Below, piece after piece: positions 26,894 through 43,676 of a stretch of 64,000 nucleotides of DNA. The notes beneath the pieces are model-generated. The model did not search any database. It saw only the letters and a program-made list of their open reading frames with translations, and had not been told where the DNA came from. Numbering within the stretch: the first letter of the stretch is position 1; every line of letters begins with the position of its first letter. Made by a program: the position numbers and the translations under genes. Source of the stretch: an uncultured Gemmatimonadales bacterium (lineage in GTDB: Bacteria > Gemmatimonadota > Gemmatimonadetes > Gemmatimonadales > GWC2-71-9); the NCBI GenBank assembly GCA_963825065.1, contig CAWGRU010000008.1, positions 65,705 to 129,704 on the forward strand. Reading direction: 5' to 3'.

Positions 26894-27533
26894 GCTCCCG
26901 CTCCCATTTTGCCTGGGCCTCGGCCGGGCGCCCGTACTCCGGCTCCCAGCCCGCCGGGTCGGGGATCGCCCGCACCCCGCCGGCCCGCCCGACGAGGCCG
27001 AGCAGGACCCCGGCATCGGGCCAGGTCGGCTCGCCTCCGAGAGTTGGGGCGGAAGGCCCGACGAGGCGATACGGGACAGCGATTCGGGCGCGGATCTGCT
27101 CCGCGGTGAGCACGGTCGGGCTCAGCACGACTTCCACCCGTCCCGGGGGGAAGCGGTACGCGGCCGCGAAGAGTTCGCCCCGCAGGGCATTGCTGACCGC
27201 GAGTACGGTCTCTCCGACCGGCGCTCCGGCCCCGGCTGCACAGGCCAGCAGCGATGGCGCCACCCAGAGGGGCATCGGTCGGACGCGAACCAGGGCCTTG
27301 GCGACAGCGGCGCCGACCCGCAAGCCGGTGAAGCTGCCTGGGCCGTCGGCGAGCACCACGCCTTCGATCTCGGCGAACCCAGCACCGAGGTGCGACAGGC
27401 AGCGCTCGATGGCCGGGAGGAGCGCGGTCGCGTGCCGCCGGGCCCCGATGATGGTTTCGTGCCCCAGAACCCGGCCGGGCAGCCCGAGCGCGACGGACGC
27501 CTGATCGGTCGCTGTGTCGATGGCGAGCCACAT
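26853..27533 (-). CDS. tsaB: tRNA t6A37 biosynthesis protein TsaB (YeaZ)
   Basis: '[17 protein letters not shown]' and 'GPGSFTGLRVG' match the TsaB pattern. ATGA overlap with the tsaE stop. Confidence 0.85.
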   Translation of the reverse strand: MWLAIDTATDQASVALGLPGRVLGHETIIGARRHATALLPAIERCLSHLGAGFAEIEGVVLADGPGSFTGLRVGAAVAKALVRVRPMPLWVAPSLLACAAGAGAPVGETVLAVSNALRGELFAAAYRFPPGRVEVVLSPTVLTAEQIRARIAVPYRLVGPSAPTLGGEPTWPDAGVLLGLVGRAGGVRAIPDPAGWEPEYGRPAEAQAKWEREHGRPLADSASSHG

Positions 27534-27946
27534 CAGTCCAAGCCCTCCACGCCGCGTCGGGCTCCATCGGGCAGATGATGAAACCGGATCCGGTGGGTCG
27601 GCTGGGGGAGCCACGGACCGGCCCGTTCGGGCCATTCGACCAGCACCGCGTCTCCCTCGGAGAGCAGCGTCTCCCAATCGAGATCGGCGGCCTCGTCGGG
27701 GCGCTTCAGCCGGTAGCAGTCGAGATGGAAGACCGGTCCCCGGCGCCCGGCATAGCGGTGCACCAGGCCATAGGTCGGGCTCGAGGCCAGCGCGAGCACG
27801 CCCAGGCCCCGCGCCACCGCCTGTGCGAACGTGGTCTTCCCCGCCCCGAGTTCCCCCTCAAGGGCCAGGATCGATTTCGGCGCCAATCGCTGGCCGAGCG
27901 CCTCGCCCTCGGCGACGAGCTGTGGCTCGGACAGCACCCGCATCAT
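27533..27946 (-). CDS. tsaE: tRNA t6A37 biosynthesis ATPase TsaE (YjeE)
   Basis: 137 aa with Walker A '[14 protein letters not shown]' and '[10 protein letters not shown]'. Confidence 0.85.
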   Translation of the reverse strand: MMRVLSEPQLVAEGEALGQRLAPKSILALEGELGAGKTTFAQAVARGLGVLALASSPTYGLVHRYAGRRGPVFHLDCYRLKRPDEAADLDWETLLSEGDAVLVEWPERAGPWLPQPTHRIRFHHLPDGARRGVEGLD

Positions 27947-30024
27947 GCCCGCTTCCGAAACGGCCGGGAGCGGGTCGACTGGGCGGCCGGTCCGGCGCGC
28001 CCCTCGCCCCGAGCGACGTCTGGCGCATCGAGGGCCCGCAGCTCATTGATCTGGTCTCGCAGCAACGCGGCCATCTCGAATTCGAGATTGGCGGCCGCCT
28101 CCTTCATCTGGCGCTCCAGCGCCGCGATGGTCTGCGCCCGCTTGGCCGGATCGCGGAAGTCGAGCTCGACCAGCCGCTCCTCCCGCTTCTTCTCGACCTT
28201 CTCGGTGCGGGCGTCGGCCACACGGGTGGTGAGCCTGACCTCTTCCAGCGACTTGATAATCGAACGGGGCGTGATCCCGTGCGCTTCGTTGTACGCGATC
28301 TGGATCGTGCGTCGGCGGGTCATCTCCGCCAGTGCGCGCTCCATCGAGCCGGTCATCCGGTCGGCGTAGAGGATGGCCTTGCCGTTGATGTGCCGTGCGG
28401 CACGTCCCACCGTCTGGATCAGCGATCGATCCGAGCGGAGAAACCCCTCCTGGTCGGCGTCGAGAATCGCCACCAGCGACACCTCGGGAAGGTCGAGACC
28501 CTCGCGCAGCAGGTTGATCCCCACCAGCACGTCGAAGTCCCCCAGCCGTAGCCCGCGCAGGATCTCCATCCGCTCGATGGCGTCGATGTCCGCGTGCAGA
28601 TAGCGCACCCGCACTCCCGTCTGCTGCAGGTAGTCGGTCAGGTCCTCGGCCATGCGCTTGGTCAGTGTCGTGACCAGCACCCGTTCCCGCTTCCTGGCAC
28701 GATCGCGGATCTCGCCGAGGAGATCGTCCACCTGGCCCTTCACCGGACGGATCATCACTTCGGGATCGACAAGCCCGGTGGGCCGGATGATCTGCTCAAC
28801 GACATGCCCGTTGGAGAGCCCCAGCTCCAGCTCTCCCGGCGTCGCGGATACGGCGAGCATCTGCGGCACGATGTTCAGAAACTCGTCGAAATGGAGCGGC
28901 CGGTTGTCGAGCGCCGAAGGGAGCCGGAAGCCGTATTCGACCAGCGTCTGCTTGCGGGCCCGGTCGCCATTGAACATTCCGCCGATCTGCGGCAGGGTCA
29001 CATGGGATTCATCGGCGACGACCAGGAAGTCCGCCGGGAAGTAATCCAGCAGGCACGCCGGACGCTCGCCCTCCTGGCGTCCCGAAAAGTGCCGGGAGTA
29101 GTTCTCGATCCCCGCGCAGGTCCCCACCTCCAGCATCATCTCGACATCGAAGGTGGTCCGGGACTCGAGCCGCTGGGCCTCGAGCAGCTTCCCCGCCTGC
29201 CGCAGCAGCTGCAGCCGCTCGGCCAGCTCGGCGCGGATCAGCTTGACGGCCCGCTCGATGGTGGGCCGCTGGGTGACGAAGTGCTTGGCGGGGTAGACGG
29301 CGCACCTGTCGAGGCTCGCAGTGACTCGCCCGGTGAGCGGATCGATCCGGCTGATGCGTTCGACGGTGTCACCCCAGAACTCCACCCGCACCGCCTGCTC
29401 CGCGTACGCCGGAAAGATCTCGACGGTGTCGCCGCGCACCCGGAAGGTGCCCTGCTCGAAGGAGACATCGTTCCGGCCGTACTGGATGCGGACCAGGTCG
29501 GAGAGCAGGCTGTCGCGCCCCTTCTGCTCCCCCTTCTCCGCCGTGACCAGGAGCTTGCGGTACTCGACCGGGTCGCCGAGGCCGTAGATCGCGCTCACCG
29601 TCGCGACGATCACCACGTCGTCCCGTTCCATCAGGCTCGAGGTGGCCCGCAGCCGAAGACTCTCGATGTCGGCGTTGATCGACGCGTCCTTCTCGATGTA
29701 CACGTCGGTCGAAGGGACGTACGCCTCCGGCTGGTAGTAGTCGTAGTACGAGACGAAGTACTCGACCGCATTGTTGGGGAGGAACTGGCGCAGCTCGCCG
29801 TAGAGCTGGGCGGCGAGGGTCTTGTTGTGCGACAGGACCAGCGTGGGCTTGCCGTAGTTGGCGAGGACGTGGGCCAGCGTCATCGTCTTGCCCGACCCGG
29901 TGACGCCCAGCAGGGTCTGGTACTTCTCCCCCTGAAGCAGTCCCTCGGAGAGCTGGGCGATGGCCCGGGGCTGATCGCCCGCGGGCTCGAATGGGGCGAC
30001 GACCTGGAAGGCGGGGCTTGGCAT
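27943..30024 (-). CDS. uvrB: Excinuclease ABC subunit B
   Basis: 693 aa from ATG 30024. '[10 protein letters not shown]', Walker A 'GVTGSGKT', helicase motifs, and a C-terminal UVR domain '[22 protein letters not shown]'. Confidence 0.95.
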   Translation of the reverse strand: MPSPAFQVVAPFEPAGDQPRAIAQLSEGLLQGEKYQTLLGVTGSGKTMTLAHVLANYGKPTLVLSHNKTLAAQLYGELRQFLPNNAVEYFVSYYDYYQPEAYVPSTDVYIEKDASINADIESLRLRATSSLMERDDVVIVATVSAIYGLGDPVEYRKLLVTAEKGEQKGRDSLLSDLVRIQYGRNDVSFEQGTFRVRGDTVEIFPAYAEQAVRVEFWGDTVERISRIDPLTGRVTASLDRCAVYPAKHFVTQRPTIERAVKLIRAELAERLQLLRQAGKLLEAQRLESRTTFDVEMMLEVGTCAGIENYSRHFSGRQEGERPACLLDYFPADFLVVADESHVTLPQIGGMFNGDRARKQTLVEYGFRLPSALDNRPLHFDEFLNIVPQMLAVSATPGELELGLSNGHVVEQIIRPTGLVDPEVMIRPVKGQVDDLLGEIRDRARKRERVLVTTLTKRMAEDLTDYLQQTGVRVRYLHADIDAIERMEILRGLRLGDFDVLVGINLLREGLDLPEVSLVAILDADQEGFLRSDRSLIQTVGRAARHINGKAILYADRMTGSMERALAEMTRRRTIQIAYNEAHGITPRSIIKSLEEVRLTTRVADARTEKVEKKREERLVELDFRDPAKRAQTIAALERQMKEAAANLEFEMAALLRDQINELRALDAPDVARGEGRAGPAAQSTRSRPFRKRA

Positions 30025-30050
30025 AGGAGCCCCAATATACCGGCTTCGGC

Positions 30051-30463
30051 CTATGTTCGGGAGCCCATGGCGACGATCCACTTCCACTGCTCCCCGGTCA
30101 CCGGCATCACCGAGAGCCGGGAATTGCGGAGCAGCGCCAGCTCGGCAAAGGCGGGGTCGGCCCGGATGGCGGAGAGGGGGACGGGAGCCGCGAGCTTCGC
30201 CTCGGGGATGAGGTCCACCACGACCAGCTTCGGGTCGGACTGCGCGGGGTCGGGATAGGCGGCCTTCGCGACCTTGGCCGTCCCGACCACCGCCTTCTCG
30301 CCGCCGGAGTGGTAGAGCAGCACCCGGTCACCCGCCTTCATGGTGCGGAGGTGGACCAGCGCGAGATTATTGCGCACCCCGTCCCAGACGGCGCGCCCTC
30401 CGCCACGAGACGATCGAACGAGTAGGTCGACGGCTCGGTCTTCAGCAGCCAGTGGTTGGCCAT
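30051..30463 (-). pseudogene. EVE (PUA-like) domain protein gene interrupted by a -1 frameshift
   Basis: ATG 30463 opens 'MANHWLLKTEPSTYSFDRLVAEG', which stops after 43 codons. The continuation '[31 protein letters not shown]...' is the 108-aa track ORF in another frame. The junction is at a GGG run (plus-strand CCC 30396-30398), and adding one nucleotide restores a contiguous EVE protein of about 137 aa. Confidence 0.7.
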
Positions 30464-30468
30464 GGATC

Positions 30469-32639
<2,171 letters not shown>

Positions 32640-32643
<4 letters not shown>

Positions 32644-33323
32644 AGCAATCCCGCGGTTACGAAGCTCAGGAAACGGTCGCCGGCCACGATCACGTGATCG
32701 TAGACCGGCAGGTCGAGCAGCCGTCCCGCCTCGACCAGCTGGCGAGTCACGGCCTGATCCTCCGGCGACGGCGTCGGGTCGCCGCTCGGATGGTTGTGCA
32801 CCACGATGATCCCGGCGGCCGCCTCCGCAATCGCCGCCCGGAACACCTCGCGCGGATGGACCAGGGCGCTGTTGAGCAGCCCCCGGGTCACCAGCACATC
32901 CCGCCTCACCCGGCTCTGACTGTCCAGCGCCAGGACGTGGAACTCCTCGACCGCGAGGTCCCGGAGCCGGGGGCCCAGCAGTGATACGACATCCGATGGA
33001 TCACGCACCCGGGGCGGCACGGGCCGGTGTTCCTGCATGAGGCGGGCCGCCAACTCGAAGGCAGCCAGGAGCCGCGCCGCCTTGGCGGGACCCACTCCGC
33101 GGCTTCGGGTCAGCTCGGCGGGGGGACGTGCCGCCAAGCCCCGCAGGGTTCCGCCCCCTCGCTCCAGGAGCTCCTGTGCCAGCAGCCGGGCGTCCACCCC
33201 GACCTCCCCGGTCCCTAGCAGGATGGCGACAAGTTCAGCGCACGTCAACGCGGAGGCGCCCAGGGCCCAGAGGCGCTCTCGCGGGCGATCGGGGGACAAG
33301 GTGGCTGCGTCAGGCTGGCTCAT
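32640..33323 (-). CDS. radC: RadC-like JAB/MPN domain protein (UPF0758)
   Basis: 227 aa with an N-terminal HhH region 'LTCAELVAILLGTG' and the JAMM motif 'VVHNHPSGDPTPSPED'. Confidence 0.85.
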
Positions 33324-33491
33324 CCCCCCAGCATGGCGCCCCGCCCTGGCCAGCCCGGCACCGGGAAAACGCGGGCGAGGGGGTGGTGGGCCCCCGGGCT
33401 GTGACGCTTGCCGCGCCGGGCGGGTCTCCTAGATGATCGCTGCTCGATCGTTCGGCGGGTCTTCCCAGCCGATACCACCATAGAGGATATC

Positions 33492-34184
33492 ATGCTCGCA
33501 TCGAAATCCAGACTCACCCTGTCCCTATCGGCACTGCTGCTGCTCGCCTCGGCCTGCAGCGACGCCACCCCCACCACCTTTCCACCCCTGACTGCCCAGC
33601 TGCGGGTGATTCACACCACTGCGACGCTCGGCGCCGTGGACATCCTGGTCGACGGCAGCCCGGTCGTCACCGGCCTCGGCTATGGTCAGAGTTCCGCCCT
33701 GGTCACGACCCCCAGCGGCATGCGGGATGTCGTGGTGCGCTCGGGAGGTCAGACCCTGAGCGGCGTGCAGCACACCCTCGCTGCGGACCACATCAATAGC
33801 CTGTTCATCGCCGACAGCGCGCTCCAGTTTGGGGACTCCGTCGTCTCCGACACCGGCCAGCCGGCCGCGGCCAAGGCCAATATTCGACTGGTCAACGTGG
33901 TGGGGAGCAACACCTCGGCACCGACCCTGCTCCAGGTCCTCATCCACGCGCCGAACCCGAGCCCCGACTCCGTGGTCACCTCGAACCTGGACGCGAGCAT
34001 CGCTGCCTACTGGTCGCTGATGTACTTCGACCCGGGGGCGTTCGATGTCCGCTACGTCGCCGCCGGTGACACCACGACGCTGGCTCAGGTGTCATTCAAC
34101 GTCGCGGCGGGCGAGAAGAAGCAGGTAGTGCTGCAGCGGGCCGCCGACGGCACCTACAGCGCCTCGGCGATTCTCGAACCCTGA
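33492..34184 (+). CDS. DUF4397-type lipoprotein
   Basis: ATG 33492 is preceded by GAGGA. Lipobox 'LLLASAC'. 'LRVIHTTATLGAVDILVDGSPVV' and 'IRLVNVVGS' repeats are typical of DUF4397. Confidence 0.65.
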   Translation: MLASKSRLTLSLSALLLLASACSDATPTTFPPLTAQLRVIHTTATLGAVDILVDGSPVVTGLGYGQSSALVTTPSGMRDVVVRSGGQTLSGVQHTLAADHINSLFIADSALQFGDSVVSDTGQPAAAKANIRLVNVVGSNTSAPTLLQVLIHAPNPSPDSVVTSNLDASIAAYWSLMYFDPGAFDVRYVAAGDTTTLAQVSFNVAAGEKKQVVLQRAADGTYSASAILEP

Positions 34185-34213
34185 GGCCGACCCCGCGATA
34201 GGCAACAACGACG

Positions 34214-34240
34214 GACCCCCGGGAGAAGTCCCCGGGGGTC
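34214..34240. terminator. Hairpin between convergent DUF4397 gene and secA
   Basis: GACCCCCGGG-agaagtc-CCCGGGGGTC, a perfect 10-bp stem with a 7-nt loop, followed by TCTTC. Confidence 0.6.
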
Positions 34241-34272
34241 TCTTCGCATCCAGCCGAGTCGGACGCCGGGTG

Positions 34273-37452
<3,180 letters not shown>

Positions 37453-37460
<8 letters not shown>

Positions 37461-38025
37461 CGGGCAAATATAACCGGTCCGAGGTGATGCACTCCGCCAC
37501 CGGGTCAGGCACCCAATAGCGGATCGAGCGCCCCGCGGCAACCCGGCGGCGGATCTCGGTGGCCGAGATGTCCACGCCGGGCACCGTCACGGTGCGGACC
37601 GGCCAGGGCAGCGCGGGGATCGCGGCGCCCGGACGGGCGAACACCACGAGGGTGGCGAGCCCAGGGAGGGCGTCGGCCTCGTGCCAGGCGGGCAGCTCGC
37701 GCGCGGCGTCGGCGCCGACCAGCAGGGCGAAGTCGCGCCCCGGCTCCCGCGCCCGCAGGGCCCGCAAGGTGTCGACCGTATAGGAGGGGCCGTCGCGCCC
37801 GAGTTCCGCACGCTCGAGACGGAAGCGGGGCTCGCCGGCGATCGCCAGCGCGACCATGCGGGCCCGCAGCTCGGCGGGCGCCGCGTGACGTCCGATCTTG
37901 AAGGGCTGTTCGCGCGCGGGGACGAATCGGAGTTCGTCGAGCGCGAGCGCCTCGACGACGGCCTGAGCCACCAGCAGGTGGCCGAGATGGATCGGGTCGA
38001 AGGATCCGCCGAACAGGCCGATCAT
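37453..38025 (-). CDS. nadD: Nicotinate-nucleotide adenylyltransferase
   Basis: 190 aa. '[15 protein letters not shown]' is the HxGH nucleotidyltransferase motif, with 'ISATEIR' near the C-terminus. Confidence 0.85.
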
Positions 38026-38050
38026 GGGTGGGCGCTCCCGCCCCCGGGCC

Positions 38051-38851
38051 TCAGCGACCCGCGGCAGCCGGGGTCGAGTCCCGGGGTGCGGGACAGGACT
38101 GCTCGAGTCCCGGGGTCGTGGGATGATAGCGCCGGATGTACCCGCAGGTTTCCTGCAGGTCCTCGGCGTAGCCCACCTTCCGGTACGAATCCACCAGCCG
38201 CAGCAGCGCCTGCGGAGTGACCGACGCCCGGGGGTAGGTGGCAGCCAGGTCCTTGAGATAGAGGATGGCCGAATCGTAGGCCTTGAGTTTGTAGTAGTAC
38301 TCGGCCGACTTCAGCTGCTTGCGCGCGAAGAACTCATCCAGGTCGGCGACGCGGAGCCGGCCCCGCGCCGCGGCCGGCGAGTCGGGGTAACGATTCAGCA
38401 GCTCCTGATACGTCGCCTGCGCCGTCTGGCCGTAGGTGGGGTCGAGCTCCGGCCGGCGCCAGAGATCGGCATAGGCGTCGCCCGCTCGGAGGAGCGCCTC
38501 GGGGGCGAGCTTCGCATCGGGCGTGTCGTCCGACACCTTTCGGAACTCGCGCACCGCCTGCAGCTGATTGCGCTGGGCGAAGTAGCACTCGGCCAGGCGG
38601 AAGTGCGCCTCGGTGACGAGGCTGTCGCCGGCGGGCAACTCCAGAACGACCCGCTCCAGCAGCGGCGCCGCCTTGCCCCAGCGGCCCTGGGCATAGAGAC
38701 CCGTCGCCCGTCCCCACAGCGATACGACCTCGTCGCGGGAGATCCCCGAGGCCACCGGGGTGGCGCCGGTGACGGGCTTCGCGCCGCGGTGACCGCAGCC
38801 GAGGGTGAGCAGGACAAGCGTGGCCAGCGCCACGCGGGAAGACAGGTGCAC
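38051..38851 (-). CDS. bamD: Outer membrane protein assembly factor BamD (YfiO)
   Basis: GTG 38851 is preceded by GAGAGGA. Lipobox 'LLTLGC'. TPR-like repeats include 'AEYYYKLKAYDSAILYLKDLAATYP'. An alternative GTG lies at 38869. Confidence 0.75.
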   Translation of the reverse strand: MHLSSRVALATLVLLTLGCGHRGAKPVTGATPVASGISRDEVVSLWGRATGLYAQGRWGKAAPLLERVVLELPAGDSLVTEAHFRLAECYFAQRNQLQAVREFRKVSDDTPDAKLAPEALLRAGDAYADLWRRPELDPTYGQTAQATYQELLNRYPDSPAAARGRLRVADLDEFFARKQLKSAEYYYKLKAYDSAILYLKDLAATYPRASVTPQALLRLVDSYRKVGYAEDLQETCGYIRRYHPTTPGLEQSCPAPRDSTPAAAGR

Positions 38852-38868
38852 GGACAGCCATCCTCTCA

Positions 38869-39765
38869 CTACTGGGAATCCGCCGACGCGGCGTTCGCGC
38901 CAAGCCGGGCGAGCCGCGCCGAAGCCATGGTGACGATCGAATCGCTCGCTCCAGGCTTCATGGCGTCCTGAAATGCGATGGTGGCGCCGAGCAGATCGCC
39001 CTGGACGATCCGGGCATCGCCCAGCCCCACCAGCGCCCGCCGGCCCGCCTCCGACGTCGAGTCGATGGCGATCACCCGGCCGAACCATTCCCCGGCGATG
39101 TCCGGCTTCTTCACCAGGAGCGCCTCCAGGCCGAGCTGCAGCCCGCAGACGGTGAGCCCCGTGCCCACCCGCTGACGCAGGACGGCATCGCGTGACCGCC
39201 GCAGCACGGCCTGGTACACCTCGGCAGCGTCGCCGCAGGCCGTCGTGCTCTGCAGTGCGGCGCCGTACTGCGCCAGCATCTGGTCGACCGCTACGGCATC
39301 GCCCGCCGCGGCCAGGGCGTTCGGGCCGATCCCCACCGCCTGCACCGGCTGCAGCCGGCCACTTCTGACCAGGGCGATCGTGTGCCGTGGGTTCACCCGC
39401 TCGGGCGAGAGCCGGCGCAGCCCCTCGACCGCCTCCTCCAGCGCCAGCCCGACCGCCGCCTGCTCGGCGCCGCGGGCGACCTGCTCGAGACCCCGCGCCG
39501 CCTCGACCACCCGAGTCGGATCGGCGGCCGCCAGCTTCTCGTAGGCCTGCCCCGCCTCACGAAACTCCCCTGCCTTGAGCGCCGCCGCTCCGAACTTGGC
39601 CCACAACCGGGCGTCCGCCTTGCTGCGCGCAGCGGCGCGGTACTCGTCGAGCGCGGAAGTGTACTCGCCCTGGACGTAGGCCGTGTCGCCCAGCCGCTCG
39701 TGGTCCGCCGCCGAACCGGCGCAGGCGGCGACAAGCAGGACGAACGAGAGGGCCCAGCGGCTCAC
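38869..39765 (-). CDS. TPR-like lipoprotein (function unknown)
   Basis: GTG 39765 forms a GTGA overlap with the upstream stop. Lipobox 'LLVAAC'. Helical repeats include 'AYVQGEYTSALDEYRAAA'. The N-terminal half of the 493-aa track ORF overlaps the upstream TPR gene in another frame. Confidence 0.55.
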   Translation of the reverse strand: MSRWALSFVLLVAACAGSAADHERLGDTAYVQGEYTSALDEYRAAARSKADARLWAKFGAAALKAGEFREAGQAYEKLAAADPTRVVEAARGLEQVARGAEQAAVGLALEEAVEGLRRLSPERVNPRHTIALVRSGRLQPVQAVGIGPNALAAAGDAVAVDQMLAQYGAALQSTTACGDAAEVYQAVLRRSRDAVLRQRVGTGLTVCGLQLGLEALLVKKPDIAGEWFGRVIAIDSTSEAGRRALVGLGDARIVQGDLLGATIAFQDAMKPGASDSIVTMASARLARLGANAASADSQ

Positions 39766-40469
39766 TCGCCGGTCCGCTCCAGCATCGCGAGGTAGGCCTC
39801 GACGCGGGCATGCTTGGGGCGAGCGACGAGGCAGTCGTGCCAGACCTGCTGGGCGCCGGCGGCGTCGCCCGAGAGGTAGCGGGCGAGGCCGAGGGATGCC
39901 AGCGCGTCGACGAAATTGGGCCGGTCCCGCACCACCCGCTCCAGCTCCTCGCGTGCCGCCAGCACGTCGCCGGCTTCGAGGAGCGCCCGGGCGAGCTTGT
40001 AGCGCAGGTCGGCGAAGTTCGGCCCCAGGTCCACCGCCCGGCGGTACTGCTCGATGGCGAGGGTGAGCCCGCCCGACTCCGCGTATGCGGCGGCCAGCAG
40101 GGCGTGGTGGTTGGCCAGATTGGCGGCCACGTGTGCCGGGAAGCCGGACTCCTGCGGAACGTTGTGGGCGGCGGCACTCCGGAAGGCCTCTTCGGCCTCC
40201 TGGGTGCGCCCCAGGTCGTTCAGCAGGATGCCGCGATGGATGTGCGCTTCGATGTAGCGCGGATTGAGCTCCAGCGCCCTGGCGAAATGTTCCAGGGCCC
40301 GTTGCGGCTGGCCCAGCATCGCGAAGCACAACCCCAGCAGATGATGGCAATCCGCGAAGTCCCGCCCTGACTCCACGATCTCCTGGAGCAGGTGGACGGC
40401 CCCGTAGTAGTCCTGCAGCGCGAAGCGCTCACGGGCCTGATTGATCAGCGGTTCGTCACTGACGCGCAT
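39762..40469 (-). CDS. TPR-repeat protein
   Basis: About 235 aa with at least five TPR units ('HHLLGLCFAMLGQPQRALEHFARALELNPRYIEAHIHRGILL'). Start at ATG 40469. Confidence 0.65.
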   Translation of the reverse strand: MRVSDEPLINQARERFALQDYYGAVHLLQEIVESGRDFADCHHLLGLCFAMLGQPQRALEHFARALELNPRYIEAHIHRGILLNDLGRTQEAEEAFRSAAAHNVPQESGFPAHVAANLANHHALLAAAYAESGGLTLAIEQYRRAVDLGPNFADLRYKLARALLEAGDVLAAREELERVVRDRPNFVDALASLGLARYLSGDAAGAQQVWHDCLVARPKHARVEAYLAMLERTGE

Positions 40470-41421
40470 GGGTCTCCCGGTACCACGCCACAAAGCGGCG
40501 GATGCCTTCGGGGAAGGGGGTCGTCGGACGGTAGCCCAGCACCCGACCCGACTTGGTCAGGTCCGCGGAGGTTAGCAGGACGTCGCCCGGCTGGCGACCG
40601 ATCCGCTCGATCCGTGGCGTCATCCCGAGGGCGGCGGCGATCTCGTCGATCATCCGGTGGAGCGGGATGGTCTCGTTGCCGCCCAGGTTGAACGCCTCGA
40701 AGCCCGTCGGGGCCGTGTCGGTCCAGTCGGTCGCCCGGACCACCCCGGCAAGGATGTCATCAATATAGGTGTAGTCCCGTGCCGCCGTCCCGTCCCCGAA
40801 CATGGTAATCGGCTCACCGGCGCTGATCCGACGGGTGAAGCTGTGGATGGCAAGGTCGGGACGCTGGCGGGGCCCGTAGACGGTGAAGAACCGGAGCGCG
40901 GCCACCTTGAGACCGAAGTGCGGCGCGAGCGCCTCGAGGACCAGTTCCCCCGCCCGCTTGGTGGCAGCATATGGGGAGATCGGATGCACGGCCGCGGCAT
41001 CTTCCCGGAACGGCGCCGGGGTATCATCGCCATAGACCGACGAGGAGGAGCCGAACACCAGCCGGGTGACCCCTGCCCGGTGGGCCGCGTCGACGACGGC
41101 CTGAGTCCCGCTCACGTTGGCACGGACGTAACCCGACGGGTCCTGCAGCGAGGGCCGTACACCGGCCTTGGCGGCGAGGTGGACGATCACGGTTTCGGGG
41201 GTGAGCAGCGCGGCCAGGTCGTCGACCCGCAGCATGTCCAGCTCGTGGAAGGTGAAGCCCGGCTGACCCCTCGCTACGCTCAGATTGGCTTCCTTGATTG
41301 CGCGAGGGTAGAACGGATCGAAGTTGTCGATCCCGACCACCTGGTCCCCCCTGGCCAGCAAGCGCTCCGCGAGATTCGATCCGATGAACCCCGCCGCCCC
41401 CGTGAGCAGGACCCGGGTCAT
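40456..41421 (-). CDS. NAD-dependent nucleotide-sugar epimerase/dehydratase (SDR family)
   Basis: 321 aa with Rossmann motif '[14 protein letters not shown]' and catalytic 'YAATKRAGE' (YxxxK). ATGA overlap with the uxs stop. Confidence 0.85.
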   Translation of the reverse strand: MTRVLLTGAAGFIGSNLAERLLARGDQVVGIDNFDPFYPRAIKEANLSVARGQPGFTFHELDMLRVDDLAALLTPETVIVHLAAKAGVRPSLQDPSGYVRANVSGTQAVVDAAHRAGVTRLVFGSSSSVYGDDTPAPFREDAAAVHPISPYAATKRAGELVLEALAPHFGLKVAALRFFTVYGPRQRPDLAIHSFTRRISAGEPITMFGDGTAARDYTYIDDILAGVVRATDWTDTAPTGFEAFNLGGNETIPLHRMIDEIAAALGMTPRIERIGRQPGDVLLTSADLTKSGRVLGYRPTTPFPEGIRRFVAWYRETHARQ

Positions 41422-42353
41422 CGGCCGAATTGCTTGGCGAAGTAGGCGATGGTCTGCTTCAGTCCCTCTTCGAGGGACACCTTCGGCTCCCAGCCCAGCA
41501 GGCTCCGCGCCTTGGTGATGTCCGGCTTGCGGACCTTGGGGTCGTCGGTGGGCAGGGGCCGGCGCTCGATCGGCGACTTCGAGCCGGTGAGCTTGAGCAC
41601 CAGCTCGGCGAGCTGCATGACGGTGAATTCGTTGGGATTCCCGATATTGGTCGGGTCGTGCTCCTGGCTCATGAAGAGCCGGTAGATCCCATCCACCTCG
41701 TCGCTGACGTAGCAGAACGAGCGGGTCTGCTGACCCTCGCCGTAGACCGTCAGCGGCTCGCCCTTGAGCGCCTGGACCACGAAGTTGGACACCACCCGTC
41801 CGTCGCGGGCCCGCATCCGCGGACCGTAGGTGTTGAAGATCCGGATGATCCGGGTGTCGATACCGTGATACCGGTGATAGGCCATGGTGATGGCCTCGGC
41901 GAACCGCTTCGCTTCGTCGTACACGCCGCGCGGCCCGACCGGATTGACGTGCCCCCAGTAGCTCTCGGGCTGGGGGTGCACCTGCGGGTCACCATAGACC
42001 TCGGAGGTCGAGGCGAGGAAGAACCGCGCGCCCTTCGCCTTGGCGAGGCCGAGGGCGTTGTGGGTGCCGAGCGAGCCGACCTTGAGCGTCTGGATCGGGA
42101 GCTCCAGGTAGTCGATGGGACTCGCCGGCGAGGCGAAGTGGAGCACCCCATCGAGGGGGCCGTCCACCTGGATGTAGCGACTGACGTCGTGGAGCACGAA
42201 TTGGAATCGCCGGTCGCCCTCGAGGTGGGCCACATTCTCGAGGGCACCGGTGATCAGGTTGTCCATGCCGACGACCTCGTGACCCTCCGCGAGGAAGCGG
42301 TCGGTCAGATGCGAGCCGAGGAATCCCGCCGCGCCGGTGATGAGCACCCTCAT
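41418..42353 (-). CDS. uxs: UDP-glucuronate decarboxylase (UDP-xylose synthase-like SDR)
   Basis: 311 aa from ATG 42353. '[14 protein letters not shown]' and '[36 protein letters not shown]' follow the UXS pattern. ATGA overlap with the ugd stop. Confidence 0.8.
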   Translation of the reverse strand: MRVLITGAAGFLGSHLTDRFLAEGHEVVGMDNLITGALENVAHLEGDRRFQFVLHDVSRYIQVDGPLDGVLHFASPASPIDYLELPIQTLKVGSLGTHNALGLAKAKGARFFLASTSEVYGDPQVHPQPESYWGHVNPVGPRGVYDEAKRFAEAITMAYHRYHGIDTRIIRIFNTYGPRMRARDGRVVSNFVVQALKGEPLTVYGEGQQTRSFCYVSDEVDGIYRLFMSQEHDPTNIGNPNEFTVMQLAELVLKLTGSKSPIERRPLPTDDPKVRKPDITKARSLLGWEPKVSLEEGLKQTIAYFAKQFGR

Positions 42354-43660
42354 GAGGCCTCTTTCCGGCCGATGCCGTGATAGGCGAATCCCTGCGCGCG
42401 CATGCGGGCGGGGTCGTACAGATTGCGTCCGTCGATCACCAGCGGCTGGTGCAGCAGCGTCTTGAGTCGCTCGAAATCGGGGTTGCGGTAGACCAGCCAC
42501 TCGGTGACGATCGCCAGCGCGTCCGCGCCGTTCGCCGCGCTGTAGGGGTCGGCCACGTACACGATCCGATCGCCGAAGACCTGGTGCGCGGTCTCGATGG
42601 CTTTCGGATCGTGCGCCTGCACCCGGGCCCCCGCCGCGAGCAGTCCCTCGATCAGCGGAATCGCCGGACTCTCGCGCATGTCATCCGTCTCGGCCTTGAA
42701 GGCCAGCCCCCAGATGCCGAACGTGCGCCCCGTCAGGCCGCCGGGAAAGGCGCGGCGGACCTTGTCCAGCATCACCAGCTTCTGCTTCTCGTTCACGCTC
42801 TCGACCGCGTCGAGGATCTCGAAGCCGAGCCCCACGTCGCGGCCGGTGCGGATCAGCGCCTTGACGTCCTTGGGGAAGCACGAGCCCCCGTAGCCGGGCC
42901 CGGGAAACAGGAAGGCCGGGCCGATCCGCTTGTCGCTGCCGATCCCCTTGCGGACATCGTTCACGTCCGCCCCCACCCGCTCGCAGAACATCGCGACCTG
43001 GTTCATGAAGGAGATGCGGGTGGCCAGCATCGCGTTCGCGGCGTACTTGGTCACCTCCGCGGAGGGGATGTCCATGAAGAGCATCGGATTGCCGGTGCGG
43101 ACGAATGGGCCGTAGAGCTCGGCCATCACCTCGCGGGCCTCCTCGGTGTCCACACCGATCACGATCCGGTCCGGCTTCATGAAGTCGTCGATCGCCGCCC
43201 CCTCCTTCAGGAACTCCGGATTGGAGCAGACGCTGAAGGCGAGCCGGGTCTGTGAGGCGATCGCCGCGCGCACCTTCTCGGCGGTGCCGACGGGTACCGT
43301 CGATTTGGTGACGACCACCTTGTGATTGTTCATGTGGCGACCGATGGTCTTGGCCACCGACAGGACGTGCTGGAGGTCGGCAGACCCGTCCTCCCCCGGC
43401 GGGGTTCCGACGGCGATGAACACCACCCGCGACCGCTCCACCGCACCGCCCACGTCGGTGGTGAAAGTCAGACGGCCTTCGGCCTGGTTGCGGCGGACCA
43501 TGTCCTCCAGGCCCGGCTCGTAGATCGGGATATCGTTCGCCGTGAGGCGCTCGATCTTGCGGGCATCGATGTCCACGCAGGTGACCTCATTACCCGTCTC
43601 CGCGAAGCACGCCCCGGTGACCAGGCCCACATATCCACTGCCTACGACCGCAACTCTCAT
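42350..43660 (-). CDS. ugd: UDP-glucose 6-dehydrogenase
   Basis: 436 aa with '[30 protein letters not shown]' and the catalytic Cys motif '[10 protein letters not shown]'. Confidence 0.9.
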   Translation of the reverse strand: MRVAVVGSGYVGLVTGACFAETGNEVTCVDIDARKIERLTANDIPIYEPGLEDMVRRNQAEGRLTFTTDVGGAVERSRVVFIAVGTPPGEDGSADLQHVLSVAKTIGRHMNNHKVVVTKSTVPVGTAEKVRAAIASQTRLAFSVCSNPEFLKEGAAIDDFMKPDRIVIGVDTEEAREVMAELYGPFVRTGNPMLFMDIPSAEVTKYAANAMLATRISFMNQVAMFCERVGADVNDVRKGIGSDKRIGPAFLFPGPGYGGSCFPKDVKALIRTGRDVGLGFEILDAVESVNEKQKLVMLDKVRRAFPGGLTGRTFGIWGLAFKAETDDMRESPAIPLIEGLLAAGARVQAHDPKAIETAHQVFGDRIVYVADPYSAANGADALAIVTEWLVYRNPDFERLKTLLHQPLVIDGRNLYDPARMRAQGFAYHGIGRKEAS

Positions 43661-43676
43661 CCTCGCCTCTCTGCGA

